From an uncultured Chitinophagales bacterium (GTDB taxonomy: Bacteria > Bacteroidota > Rhodothermia > Balneolales > HLUCCA01), in assembly GCA_964412365.1 (NCBI GenBank), contig CAYPOI010000004.1, positions 1 through 61,950 of the forward strand: DNA of 61,950 bases, written 5' to 3'. Under the pieces are notes generated by a model. That model worked only from the letters and a program-made list of their open reading frames with translations, searched no databases and was not told the DNA's origin. The position numbers and the translations under genes were made by a program. Of this stretch, positions 9,614 to 20,400 are shown one piece after another; position 1 is the first letter of the stretch, and each line of letters starts with the position of its first letter.

Positions 9614-10854
9614 AAAAACAACTGATCGTGATCGGCGCCGGATTCGGTGGTCTTGCCACCGTCCAAGCCTTGAAACGCGATGATATCGACATCACGATTA
9701 TCGATCGAACCAATCATCACGTGTTTCAGCCATTGCTGTATCAAGTGGCCACGGCCGCTTTGGCACCAGGCGACATCGCCGTCCCCATCCGAGGAATTTT
9801 ATCCAAGCAAAAGAACGTGAATGTGGTGATGGGGGATGTGAACGGAATCGACACATCCGCCAAAACCGTGAGCGTGGCCGATGGTCGTGTGTTTCATTAC
9901 GACGATCTTGTTCTCGCTCCCGGTGCCCGGCACAGTTATTTCGGGCATGATGATTGGGAAGCACGCAGCCCCGGGCTCAAGACCATTTCCGATGCGCTCA
10001 CGCTTCGTGAAATGATGCTCACCAACTTTGAAAAGGCCGAGCAGGTGAGTGAGCAGGAGGCGGGTCCGTATTTGAATTTCGTGGTGGTTGGGGGCGGTCC
10101 GACCGGAGTGGAGTTGGCCGGGGCCATTGCCGAGATCACTCGGAGAACCATGTTGACCGATTTCCGGCGGATTTCACCAGGTATGGTTCATGTGTATCTG
10201 ATCGAAGCCTTGCCTGCCGTTCTTTCAGCGTACTCAAGTAGCTTGTCTGAAAAAGCGCGCGGATCGCTGGAAAGCTTGGGCGTGAAAGTGCTCACCCAAA
10301 CGAGAGTTGAGCAGATCGATGAGACGGGCGTGAAAACGAATAATGGGTTCATCGCAAGCAAGAGCATCATCTGGGCGGCAGGGAACCAGGCATCCCCACT
10401 CATCAAACTGCTGAACGTGGAAACAGATCGTGCCGGGCGAGCCATGGTTGCCCCACGGCTCCATCTGCAACATGACGAGCATGTGTTTGTGATCGGGGAT
10501 GCCGCCTATGTGACCCATTCCAAGGGCATTGTTCCAGGTGTGGCACAGGGTGCGATGCAGATGGGAAGCTATGTGGCCAAACTGTTGAGGCGTCGATATG
10601 CCCAAAAATCGGAGCCCGATGCGTTCAGATATCGCGATCTGGGAAACATGGCCACCATCGGCCGAGCCAAAGCCATCGCCGATATCAAAGGTCTCGAATT
10701 CCATGGGTTTGTGGCTTGGCTCATGTGGTGTGTGATCCACGTGGCGCAGCTGATCAGCTTCCGGAACCGATTCCGCGTGATGGCGGAGTGGTTGTGGTAT
10801 TACATCACCTTCAAACCCGGATTCAGGCTCATTACCGGGGTTCATCGGAAATAA
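9610..10854 (+). CDS. ndh: type II NADH dehydrogenase (NDH-2) / FAD-dependent pyridine nucleotide-disulfide oxidoreductase
   Basis: Two dinucleotide-binding motifs (VIGAGFGGL and VVVGGGPTGVELAG) and an NDH-2-like C-terminal membrane-anchoring helix. ATGA overlap with the upstream gene. Confidence 0.88.
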   Translation: MKKQLIVIGAGFGGLATVQALKRDDIDITIIDRTNHHVFQPLLYQVATAALAPGDIAVPIRGILSKQKNVNVVMGDVNGIDTSAKTVSVADGRVFHYDDLVLAPGARHSYFGHDDWEARSPGLKTISDALTLREMMLTNFEKAEQVSEQEAGPYLNFVVVGGGPTGVELAGAIAEITRRTMLTDFRRISPGMVHVYLIEALPAVLSAYSSSLSEKARGSLESLGVKVLTQTRVEQIDETGVKTNNGFIASKSIIWAAGNQASPLIKLLNVETDRAGRAMVAPRLHLQHDEHVFVIGDAAYVTHSKGIVPGVAQGAMQMGSYVAKLLRRRYAQKSEPDAFRYRDLGNMATIGRAKAIADIKGLEFHGFVAWLMWCVIHVAQLISFRNRFRVMAEWLWYYITFKPGFRLITGVHRK

Positions 10855-10866
10855 GTACCTTCTTCG

Positions 10867-12741
10867 ATGCAACTCCTACTCGCCTTCTTCTTGTGGATTC
10901 AACCACCACAGGAGATCACTTTCTCCATCCTACATACCAACGACGAGCACTCGGCTCTCATCCCCGCGCCATTAGCCACTCCCAAAACCGCGTTGGGTGG
11001 CATGGCTCGGCTTGCGACGGAACTCACCTATTGGCGCGAGCGAAAAGCCACTGAAAACGAGCCGATCTTTGTGCTTTCCGGTGGCGATTTCAGCACGGGA
11101 ACACCTTTCAACTGGTTGGTGTTCAACGGCGAAGCGCCTGAGCTCGAACTCATGCTGGATTTGGAATACGATGTGATCACATTGGGGAACCATGAGTTCG
11201 ATTATGGTCCCGACAGGCTAGTCTCGTACCTCGCCAAGGCCGGATACCCTGCAAAGGCCGCATTCACACCGATGATCTCTGCCAACATCCTCATTCCGGA
11301 CGGTCATCCGCTGGGGGATATGGGAATCACCCCGACGCATGTTGCCGAGCTTCCGTCCGGACACAAAATCGGATTCATTGGACTGATGGGCATAAGTGCG
11401 GCAGACGTGGCTCCATACAAGGATCCGATCTCGTTCGCGCCATTGGCTGAAACCACACGCAGGGAAATCGAGCGACTCAAGGCGGAAGGCGTCTCGATCT
11501 TCATCGCGGTCACGCATTCGGGCGTGGAAGAAGACATCCAGCTCGCTGAGGATGTTCCGGAATTGCATCTGATCGTGGGCGGACATTCGCATACGCTCAT
11601 CCCCGAACCCATGCGCGTGAAAAACACGCTCATCGTTCAAGCCGGATCGTTGTTGCAGTATCTGGGTATCCTCGAAATCGCGTTTGATCCGGAAAAAGGC
11701 ACCATCCGCCTGCTCAATGAGGAACGCGGGAATCCGTACGTGAAGGCCTTGTCGGATGGAGTCGAATCCGATTCCACCATAATGGAGAAGGTTCGTGGGT
11801 ACGAAGTGGCGCTGGATAGTGCCATTGCCAATTGGACATCCGGACGGGTCACAAATCATCGCGCCGTCCTCTCCGAAACGCGTTTTCCAATTCCCAGCAC
11901 GCCGATCTTGCAAGAAACTCCAATGGGAAATGTTGTAACGGATGCGATTCGTCTCGGTGTGCAGAATGCGATGAGCGAGCGTGTGGATTTCGCGTTTCTA
12001 GCGAATGGAGTGATCCGGGGCGATTTTCCGGCGGGACCGATTCCGTTTTATGATGTGGCATCGTATACGGGGCTGGGATCGGGTCCGGATGCATCGCCCG
12101 GCTACCCGCTGGTGAGCGTGTATTTCACGGGGACGGAAGTGAGGCGCATTCTGGAGATCATGATTCTACTGTCTCAGTTTCGGGGCGACACCTATTACTT
12201 GCAAGCATCCGGATTGAGCTACGAGTTTGATGTGGATCGCGCAATCTGGTTGCGCATTCCGTTTGTCGGAACACCGATACCCTCCTCGAAAGCCGTTTCC
12301 CGGGCTTGGCGCTATACCGGAGAAGGTGTTCAAGGCAACTTTCCTGAGCAATTCGAATCATTGGAATGGGAGGACGACCGGCTCTATCATGTGGTTTCTG
12401 ATTATTACAATGCCTCGTTTCTGCCGTTCGTGGGCACCATCATTCCGAATCTGCAGCTCGAATTCAAAGACAAGAACGGTGAGCCGGTTCAGTTAGACAA
12501 TCGCATTGTGTATCGGGATGGGAAACCCTACAAGGTTTGGCAAGCCGTGGCCGATTATGCGATGGCGAATCCCGTGATTCCCGCATCCTACCAAGCCGAA
12601 TTCCAGCGCCAAATTCCTGTGAACAAACTTCACATGCTGTTCTGGCCGGGCTTCATCAGTGGTGCGCTCGTCGCCGGATTAATTATCCTCTTTCTTAAAC
12701 GTCGCACCTCGCGCATCGCACCTCGCGCTTCGAACAACTAA
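10867..12741 (+). CDS. bifunctional metallophosphatase / 5'-nucleotidase with C-terminal membrane anchor
   Basis: Calcineurin-like motifs ILHTNDEHS, GGDFSTGT, GNHEFDYG and GGHSH, followed by a 5'-nucleotidase C-terminal domain. The tail reads WPGFISGALVAGLIILFLKRR. Confidence 0.85.
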   Translation: MQLLLAFFLWIQPPQEITFSILHTNDEHSALIPAPLATPKTALGGMARLATELTYWRERKATENEPIFVLSGGDFSTGTPFNWLVFNGEAPELELMLDLEYDVITLGNHEFDYGPDRLVSYLAKAGYPAKAAFTPMISANILIPDGHPLGDMGITPTHVAELPSGHKIGFIGLMGISAADVAPYKDPISFAPLAETTRREIERLKAEGVSIFIAVTHSGVEEDIQLAEDVPELHLIVGGHSHTLIPEPMRVKNTLIVQAGSLLQYLGILEIAFDPEKGTIRLLNEERGNPYVKALSDGVESDSTIMEKVRGYEVALDSAIANWTSGRVTNHRAVLSETRFPIPSTPILQETPMGNVVTDAIRLGVQNAMSERVDFAFLANGVIRGDFPAGPIPFYDVASYTGLGSGPDASPGYPLVSVYFTGTEVRRILEIMILLSQFRGDTYYLQASGLSYEFDVDRAIWLRIPFVGTPIPSSKAVSRAWRYTGEGVQGNFPEQFESLEWEDDRLYHVVSDYYNASFLPFVGTIIPNLQLEFKDKNGEPVQLDNRIVYRDGKPYKVWQAVADYAMANPVIPASYQAEFQRQIPVNKLHMLFWPGFISGALVAGLIILFLKRRTSRIAPRASNN

Positions 12742-12767
12742 CAACCAACAACAAACCACTAACGCAT

Positions 12768-13391
12768 TTGTCTTTCTACAGCCGCTGGATCTTTCCCTAT
12801 ATGATGGATGTCGCGATGCAGGACAAGTTGTTCACTCGCCACAGGGTGGATGTGTTGAAAGGTGTGATGGGGGATGTGTTGGAGATCGGAGTCGGGACGG
12901 GATTGAACTTGCGCCATTATTCCGAAAACGTGAATCGGTTGGATGTGGTCGATTCCAATCCGGGGATGAATGTCTTGCTACGTCGACGCATGAATGGCAT
13001 TCCGTTTCCTGTCGTACACACCACGATCAGCGCGGAAACCTTGCCTTATTCGAACGAACAATTCGATATGGTGGTGTCGACCTGGACCTTATGCAGCATT
13101 CCGGATGTGTCGAAAGCCTTATTGGAAATCCATCGCGTGCTAAAGCCCGGCGGACAATTCCGTTATGTGGAGCACGGGTTGGCGCCGGATGCCCACGTCG
13201 CGAAATGGCAGCATCGTCTCAACGGAATCCAGAATGTGATTGCGGATGGATGTCATTTGAATCGCAACATCACGGAATTGATTCGGTCGGCTGGCTTTGA
13301 GCTGACCCAAACACACAACGCATACACTCCGAAGGCCCCCAAGTTCGTTGGTTACCATTACACCGGAATCGCACTCAAGCATCAACCATGA
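12768..13391 (+). CDS. class I SAM-dependent methyltransferase
   Basis: Motif I VLEIGVGTGLNL, post-I DVVDSNPGM, motif LKPGGQFRYVEH. Apparent TTG start. Confidence 0.8.
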   Translation: MSFYSRWIFPYMMDVAMQDKLFTRHRVDVLKGVMGDVLEIGVGTGLNLRHYSENVNRLDVVDSNPGMNVLLRRRMNGIPFPVVHTTISAETLPYSNEQFDMVVSTWTLCSIPDVSKALLEIHRVLKPGGQFRYVEHGLAPDAHVAKWQHRLNGIQNVIADGCHLNRNITELIRSAGFELTQTHNAYTPKAPKFVGYHYTGIALKHQP

Positions 13392-14803
13392 AAACACTCC
13401 TATTCGTCGTCCTCCTTCTCCCCGCCGCGCTCCAAGCCCAAAGCGCCGACATCATCCGACGCGTAGAACCCTTGCTCAGCGACCCAAAATGGGACCATAG
13501 CACGTGGGGAATCGCAGTGAAAGACCTCTCCAACGGAGGATGGGTGTACCGGCATAACGCCGAGAAACTGCTGATGCCGGCCTCCAACACGAAATTGTAT
13601 ACTACCGCCGCCGCTCTCGTCCGACTCGGCGCATCCTACCGTTACAAAACCGTTCTTTCCGTGGCCGGCGACGATCTGATACTGACCGGTGGTGGCGACC
13701 CAACTCTGGGTGGACGCTTCACCAACGGCGACCGTATCCTGGTGTTCCGCCAATGGGCCGATTCACTGAAAGCGGCAGGCATCGATACCATCCGCGGACG
13801 ATTGCTGGTCGATGTGTCGCGTTATGATGACACTCGCCTTGGTCGAGCCTGGAGCTGGGATTACACCACGTATTACTGGGCGGCAGAATTATCGGCGATG
13901 AATTTCAACGACAATTGCGTGGATCTGATCATTGTGGGAGGGAAACCCGGCGAACCGGCCACCATCACGTGGGAGCCATTCAACACCGATTATGTGTCGG
14001 TCATCAATCAAACCATGACGATTCCCAAAGGAGAGCGCGCCATCACGCACTATGATCGTCCGTGGGGAACCAACGAAATCACCGTAGGAAACCGGATTCA
14101 GGAAGGCGATACGGTGCGGTACTCCGTCGCGATCAACCATCCGGGTTTGTATGCGATGCACATCCTTCGGCAGGTGCTTTGGGATGCGGGAATCGTGGCG
14201 TTGGGAGATGTGGCGTATGTGGATGAGGACGTGGCGGAGCAAGAATCCCACCGATTCGAGTTCCAATCGCCGGAATTGCGCGAGATCGTACGGGTGATCA
14301 ACAAACGCAGCCAGAATCTCTATGCCGATGCGCTGATGAAGGAAGTGAGTCTGAGTGATTCGGTCTCAGTAGGCTCGCATCGCGAGGGCATCGCGCTGGC
14401 CAAGCACGTCTATGCCGCTGCAGGTATCGATACGACGATCATGCAGATGGCCGACGGTTCGGGGTTGACCCGCATCAACCTGTTCGCCCCGGAAATGACC
14501 ATCGATTTGCTCACCTATATGCATGCGCATCCGGATACATCCATCCGGAATGTCTTCATCGACTCCCTTCCCTTCACAGGCGAACAGCCGACCACCTTGG
14601 GATCGATGTTCCGCGGACGAAACGCACCTTTTGTGCAGGCGAAGACCGGAACCATCGGGTATGCGAGGGCGCTAAGCGGGTATCTGACCACCCAATCCGG
14701 AAAAACGTATGCGTTTTCCTTCATGGTGAATCATTATACCGAGTCGACCACCGCCGCGAATCAGGTTATTGAATCGATTCTGACCGAACTGGCGAAGGAC
14801 TAA
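13388..14803 (+). CDS. dacB: D-alanyl-D-alanine carboxypeptidase/endopeptidase (PBP4, peptidase S13)
   Basis: Signal peptide. SxxK (PASNTKL), KTG (AKTGTIGY), and PBP4-type length and layout. ATGA overlap with the upstream gene. Confidence 0.85.
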   Translation: MKTLLFVVLLLPAALQAQSADIIRRVEPLLSDPKWDHSTWGIAVKDLSNGGWVYRHNAEKLLMPASNTKLYTTAAALVRLGASYRYKTVLSVAGDDLILTGGGDPTLGGRFTNGDRILVFRQWADSLKAAGIDTIRGRLLVDVSRYDDTRLGRAWSWDYTTYYWAAELSAMNFNDNCVDLIIVGGKPGEPATITWEPFNTDYVSVINQTMTIPKGERAITHYDRPWGTNEITVGNRIQEGDTVRYSVAINHPGLYAMHILRQVLWDAGIVALGDVAYVDEDVAEQESHRFEFQSPELREIVRVINKRSQNLYADALMKEVSLSDSVSVGSHREGIALAKHVYAAAGIDTTIMQMADGSGLTRINLFAPEMTIDLLTYMHAHPDTSIRNVFIDSLPFTGEQPTTLGSMFRGRNAPFVQAKTGTIGYARALSGYLTTQSGKTYAFSFMVNHYTESTTAANQVIESILTELAKD

Positions 14804-16418
14804 GCGCGCGCCCCGGAAATTTGCCCGTATGGGCGCCGTTACGCACCACTTGCACGCCATTGACGAACACATGATGAACGCCGGTGGCGTATTGATGTGG
14901 CTCGGAAAAGGTCGCGTTATCGATGATGGTCGCCGGATCGAATAGGACCAGGTCGGCGAAATAACCGGGTTTCAGTAGGCCACGGCGCTCCAACCGCAGA
15001 TTGCTTGCTGGCAGGGATGTGAGGCGTCGAACGGCTTCCTCCATGCTCATCACTTGTTCATCACGGGCATAATGACCCAAAACACGCGCGAACGATCCAT
15101 AAGCCCGCGGATGTGGTTTTCGCAGCAATTGATCTCCTTCTGCAGCGAAGGAGCCGGAATCGGACCCGAAACTCACCCAGTCCTTGCTCATGATGGAACG
15201 CACGTTTTCCTCAGACATCAAGAAATAGACGGCCCCAACGCGTGAATCATCCATCACCACAAGATCCATGGCCGTATCGATGGGATCTTTGCCGTGGCGC
15301 CGGGCGATCTCGGCGAGGCTGAGTCCGGAATACATTTGCAAGGAATCGTTTCGAAAGCCGACCAACACGATGCGCTCGGGATCACCTGCCAATTGGTAGA
15401 AGTTTTCCCATTCATCCTGCGTTTCCAGAATGCGTGCTTTGATCTCGGCGCGTTGGATGGGATCACTGAGGCGTGCCACCCATGCATCATGTCCGTCTTC
15501 CATCACATCCGGTGGCATGATGGCCGTGAGGGATGTGGATGCGGCGGTATATGGATACATGTTCGCTGAGACGCGCACACCGGCATTGCGAGCAGCTTCG
15601 ATGCGGTCGAGCACCAGTTGTTGTTTTGGCCAGTTGGCTTCGCCAGCAGCTTTTAGATGGAAGAATTCGCCACGGATTCCGGCCTCTGAGGAAATGGTGA
15701 TGAGTTCGTCGATGGCTTCGAGCAGGCGGTTTCCTTCGCTGCGGATGTGGGATATATATAGACCATCATAGGGTGCGGCGGCTTTGGCGAGGGCGATGAT
15801 CTCGTCGGTTGTGGCGAAGGCGCCGGGAGCGTAGATGAGGGCGGAACTGAGTCCGACGGCGCCATCCGCCATGGCTTGAGCCACGAGCGCCTGCATCCGC
15901 GCCAGCTCGTCATCGGAGGGTGCGCGGTTTTCATGCCCCATCACATGGATTCGCACCGTGCTGGCGCCGACATAACTGGCCACATTTGGAGAGACGCCGC
16001 GTCGCTCCAGGTCATCTAAGTAATCTTTCAAGGTGACCCATGGGCGGTTTTCCGTGCGCATGGAATCGGAGTTGGGTCCCATCGACCAACCTTCGCCCAT
16101 CACTTCGAGGGTCACTCCTTGCAGGATGTCGCTCATGGAACGACCGTCGCTCAACAACGATTCCGTAGCCCAACTAAGCATGTTGATGAACCCGGGTGTA
16201 AGGGCGAGGCCCGTGGCGTCGATTCGGTTGCGAACGCGGACATCCTCATCCATGACGCCGATGAACGAGATGGTATCGGAGTTCACGTACACATCCGATA
16301 CATAGGATGGGGAGCCGGACCCGTCGATGATGGTGGCATTCTGAATGACGAGGTCGTAATCGTAACAGCCAGAAAGGGTAAAACAAAGAAGCAGATAACC
16401 AATAGAGATTCGATTCAT
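14766..16418 (-). CDS. D-aminoacylase-family amidohydrolase (N-acyl-D-amino-acid deacylase-like), lipoprotein
   Basis: Lipobox LSGC. Amidohydrolase_3-like layout: IIDGSGSP...PGFINM, YISHIRSEG, FHLKAAG, FGSDSGS, and a C-terminal VFVNGVQVVRNG beta-sandwich return. Confidence 0.75.
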   Translation of the reverse strand: MNRISIGYLLLCFTLSGCYDYDLVIQNATIIDGSGSPSYVSDVYVNSDTISFIGVMDEDVRVRNRIDATGLALTPGFINMLSWATESLLSDGRSMSDILQGVTLEVMGEGWSMGPNSDSMRTENRPWVTLKDYLDDLERRGVSPNVASYVGASTVRIHVMGHENRAPSDDELARMQALVAQAMADGAVGLSSALIYAPGAFATTDEIIALAKAAAPYDGLYISHIRSEGNRLLEAIDELITISSEAGIRGEFFHLKAAGEANWPKQQLVLDRIEAARNAGVRVSANMYPYTAASTSLTAIMPPDVMEDGHDAWVARLSDPIQRAEIKARILETQDEWENFYQLAGDPERIVLVGFRNDSLQMYSGLSLAEIARRHGKDPIDTAMDLVVMDDSRVGAVYFLMSEENVRSIMSKDWVSFGSDSGSFAAEGDQLLRKPHPRAYGSFARVLGHYARDEQVMSMEEAVRRLTSLPASNLRLERRGLLKPGYFADLVLFDPATIIDNATFSEPHQYATGVHHVFVNGVQVVRNGAHTGKFPGRALSPSPVRSESIQ

Positions 16419-17254
16419 TGAGTAAGAGATTCGTAGATGATTCGGGAGATTTCAGCGCCAATGGCGGTGCCGTCGGCATTCGACGCTAGGTTTTTGGACA
16501 AGATAACAAGGACGTAGCGACGACCATCCGGAAGAAACACGATTCCCGAATCGTGGACCACATGATTGATGGAGCCGGTTTTATTGGCGATGTCGATCTC
16601 GGGCGGAAGCAGAGCTGGAATCACATCCCGAAAGACTTGTCGTTTCAGGATGGAGACCATCACGGAATCGGTTGCTGGAGAAATAGCCGTTCCTTTGGCG
16701 AGATGGTCGAAAATGATGGCCAGATCGCGTGCGGTAGTGGAATTGGAAAGGCCGGCTTCAAACGCTTTCATGTCTTCGACACCACGCAACACATGGATGT
16801 TCTGAGCGCCGAGTTCCCGCATGGATCGGCTCACGTTCGTGGCCCCGACACGTTCGATGAGTAAGTTGGTGGCCAGGTTGCTACTACGGGTAATCATGTC
16901 GTCGACGATGTCAAGCACGGGAACGTGGGTTCCGATTTTGGAATAGAGCGCTTCGCCCCCATCACGCGAGATGTCGAGCGAAAAGGTGGAGCTATCGACG
17001 ATGCTCGTGAATTCATTAACGACCAGGATGGAATCGGAGAGATTGTACTGCTTGAACACCTCGATCATGACGGGTGTTTTCATAGTCGACGCCGCATGGA
17101 AGGATTCGTCCGGGTTGATCAAAATGCGGGAATCGGGTTGACCTACTATCCAAAAAGCGACTGAAAATGTTCCCTGCGATGCTGAAATCAGGGTTTCGAT
17201 GGTGTTTTGAGGTGGGGAAAGATTAGATAACAATGCGATAACAATTAAAATCAT
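16415..17254 (-). CDS. class A beta-lactamase-fold serine hydrolase (secreted)
   Basis: SxxK (ASTMK), SxN-like (RSSNLA) and KTG (NKTGSI). 4-nt overlap with the downstream D-aminoacylase-like gene. The start is uncertain. The ATG at 17254 gives a hydrophobic N-terminus MILIVIALLSN, while the listed ORF extends to 17353. Confidence 0.7.
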   Translation of the reverse strand: MILIVIALLSNLSPPQNTIETLISASQGTFSVAFWIVGQPDSRILINPDESFHAASTMKTPVMIEVFKQYNLSDSILVVNEFTSIVDSSTFSLDISRDGGEALYSKIGTHVPVLDIVDDMITRSSNLATNLLIERVGATNVSRSMRELGAQNIHVLRGVEDMKAFEAGLSNSTTARDLAIIFDHLAKGTAISPATDSVMVSILKRQVFRDVIPALLPPEIDIANKTGSINHVVHDSGIVFLPDGRRYVLVILSKNLASNADGTAIGAEISRIIYESLTQ

Positions 17255-17461
17255 AAGAATGAGTGGGTGGGTTGGCGTAATAAAATTAGGGAAATCGGCT
17301 GCAAACGTCTCAAAAAGGGTCAAATTGTGCGATTTGAACCATAAAAAGCACAAAAACTATTGGTTGTTACGATTTGGATGCTTACCATCCAAACTAAGCT
17401 GAATTAACACACGGTTGTGTCATCCAACGCACCGGGCTATCAACCAACGAAATAGAATGAT

Positions 17462-20400
17462 ATGAAAAACATCTTGCGTACTCTCCTTGTCGGAGCGTTT
17501 TGCATCCTGTCTACCAGCCAATTGATGGCTCAGGGGCTGACGTTATCAGGGACTGTTACTGATCAATCGACCGGGGAGCCACTTCCCGCCGTCAATATTT
17601 TTGTTCCACAACTTAGCCGCGGTGCGGTGACGGATGTGGATGGCAACTATGCGATCATCCTACCAGCCGGTAGCTATGCGCTTCGCATCACCTCTGTCGG
17701 TTACAAGCGCTTGAACACCGAAGTCACGGTTCAAGGCAGCAATGTGACCTTCAATATTCAACTCGAACCCGATGTGATCGGCTTGGATCAAGTGGTCGTA
17801 CTTGGTTTTGGTGAGACATCCCGTCGGAATGTGACCGGTGCCATCACCTCGGTCTCCGGCTCGGATATCGAATTCTCACCTGTGAACACAGTTGAGAATG
17901 CGATCCAAGGTCGTGTGTCCGGTGTGTTCATTCAACAGAACAACGGTAAGTTGGGTCAAGGCATGCAGGTCCGCGTTCGCGGTTCCTCATCCGTATCGGC
18001 CAGCAATCAGCCATTGTATGTGATTGATGGCGTTCCAGTGATCATGGATGACTTCTCGATCAGTGGGGCCAGCACCAACCCACTCGCACAATTCAACTTC
18101 AACGATGTGGAGTCGATCCAGATCCTGAAAGATGCGTCCGCAGCGGCAATCTACGGATCACGCGCGGCAAACGGTGTGGTTCTGATCACGACCAAATCGG
18201 GTCGTCCTGGCCGTACGCAGTTCAACTATTCGTTCCAACGCGGTTCCAGTGAGCCAACGGGATTCGTCGACATGATGAACTCGAAGCAGTATGTGAACTA
18301 CATGTATCAAGCCGCTAAAAACGGTGATGCATTCGCCGGTTCCACCTGGCGTGTGGGCGAGATTGAATGGGTGTTCGACACCTATGGTCTCGGAACCGAC
18401 TGGCGCAGCTGCTTGGAAGCCGTTCATGGCGGTCCAGATGGAGCCTGCGAAGTTGACACCGACTGGCAAGCCGAAGCTTTCCAAGATGCCAGCATGTTCT
18501 CGCACGATTTGTCCGCTTCCGGTGGTAATGACGCCACCCGTTTCTTTGTAAGCGGCCACTTCAGCGACCAAGATGGTATTCTGATCAAAGACCGTTTCCA
18601 ACGCGCCAACGTTCGTTTGAACTTGGATCACAAGGCAACGGACCGCATCCGCTTGGGAATGAACATCACCGCTGGTCGTTCCTTTCATCAGCGCTTGTCA
18701 ACGGATAACGCATTCTCGACGCCGATCCAGTTGATCGCACAAATGCCGATTAGCCCGTTGTACTACCCAGGCGAGGAAGAAACGCCAGCCAATCTGAACA
18801 ACGACACGTACTATTATAACGGCGTGATCCACAAGCACTTTTCGAAGTACCATGTGACCACGATGAGATCGACCGGAACATCCTATCTGGCCTACAACAT
18901 CTTGCCAAGCCTCGAACTTCGTTCGGAAGTGAGCGCGGATGTGATGACCGGTTACGATGACCAATGGTATGGTCCAGAAACCGCCGTTGGTTTCGCAAGT
19001 GCCGGCCAAGGTGGTTACGCATCTGTCGCATGGCAGCAGAGTGTTTCGTATGGTACCGCTCACTATTTGAACCATAATTTGAACGTGGGTCGCAACCAAT
19101 CGTTGGCTACCACAGCCGGTTTCAGCTACCAGTACAACGATTACAACTATGCGTTCACCGCACGTTCTGGCTTCCCGAACAACTCGTTCAAACGTCTGAC
19201 CAGTGGCGCAAACCTCTTGAGTGGTTCCACCACCGGTTCCGAGTACAGCTTCCTGTCGTACTTCGCACGGAGTAACTACTCATTGAACGATCGTTATCTG
19301 GTGTCCCTGAGTGGACGTATTGACGGATCGTCGCGTTTCGGTGCGGACAATCGCTACGGCTTCTTCCCTGCCGCATCGGTAGGCTGGATCCTGACCGAAG
19401 AATCCTTCGCAACGCCAATCCTTCCGATTGTCTCCTTCCTTAAACTGCGTTTGAGCCATGGTACAACGGGTAATGCCGGTATCGGTAACTTCGCCCACCT
19501 CGGATTGTGGGGAGGAACATCCTATGGCGGCCAATCGGGTATCACCCCGACTCAAATTCCGAACAGGAGCTTGACGTGGGAAACCACAACCCAAACCGAT
19601 TTAGGGTTTGATTATGGTTTCATGAACAACCGTATCACGGGTGAGGTCGACTTCTATGTGAAAAACACGGAAGATCTTCTGTTGAACGTGCAGATTCCAG
19701 GAACATCCGGATTCACTACATCCACCCAGAACGTAGGTAAACTGGAGAACAAAGGCTGGGAGATCGTAGTCAATACGTTCAACTTAACCGGCGACTTCAA
19801 GTGGAACTCCACATTCAACCTGTCCGCAAACAAGAACAAGATCACCGATTTGGATGGTCAGGTATTGTCTGGCGGATTGGGCATGAACCGTGCGATTGAA
19901 GGACAACCTTTGGGTGTGTTCTATGGCAAGGAGTTTGCCGGTGTAGATCCCGCGAATGGCAACGCCCTCTTCAATATCTACGATAAAGAAGGCACTGGTG
20001 GAAACTTCGTCGAAACCACAAGAAACTACAACTTGGCGACTAACCGCGTACTCGGTAATCCGAATCCGGATTTCATCGGTGGGTTTGGCAACAATTTCTC
20101 CTATAAAGGATTCGATTTGGACGTTCTGTTCCAATTCGTTCAGGGAATTGATGCCAACATTTCCGGCCATGGACGCTGGAGTCGTGGTAACGGTATTTTC
20201 GAGGATAACTCAGTCACCGATCAGCTGAAGAGCTGGACACCTGAGAATCCAAACACGAATGTGCCACAAGCCCGTTACATCGTGACCAACGGTAACCAAA
20301 TTTCCTCACGTTACATTGTTGACGCATCCTACGTGCGTCTGAAAAACGTGACGTTGAGCTACACGGTACCTCGCCAATTCTTGCGCAACACGGGCTTGAC

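Noticed and set aside
17373-17393. Small hairpin tttggatg-cttac-catccaaa in the SusC upstream region, considered as a possible regulatory element.
   Set aside because: The stem is only 8 bp and is built from the GGATG/CATCC words that are common throughout this window. That is insufficient to distinguish it from chance.
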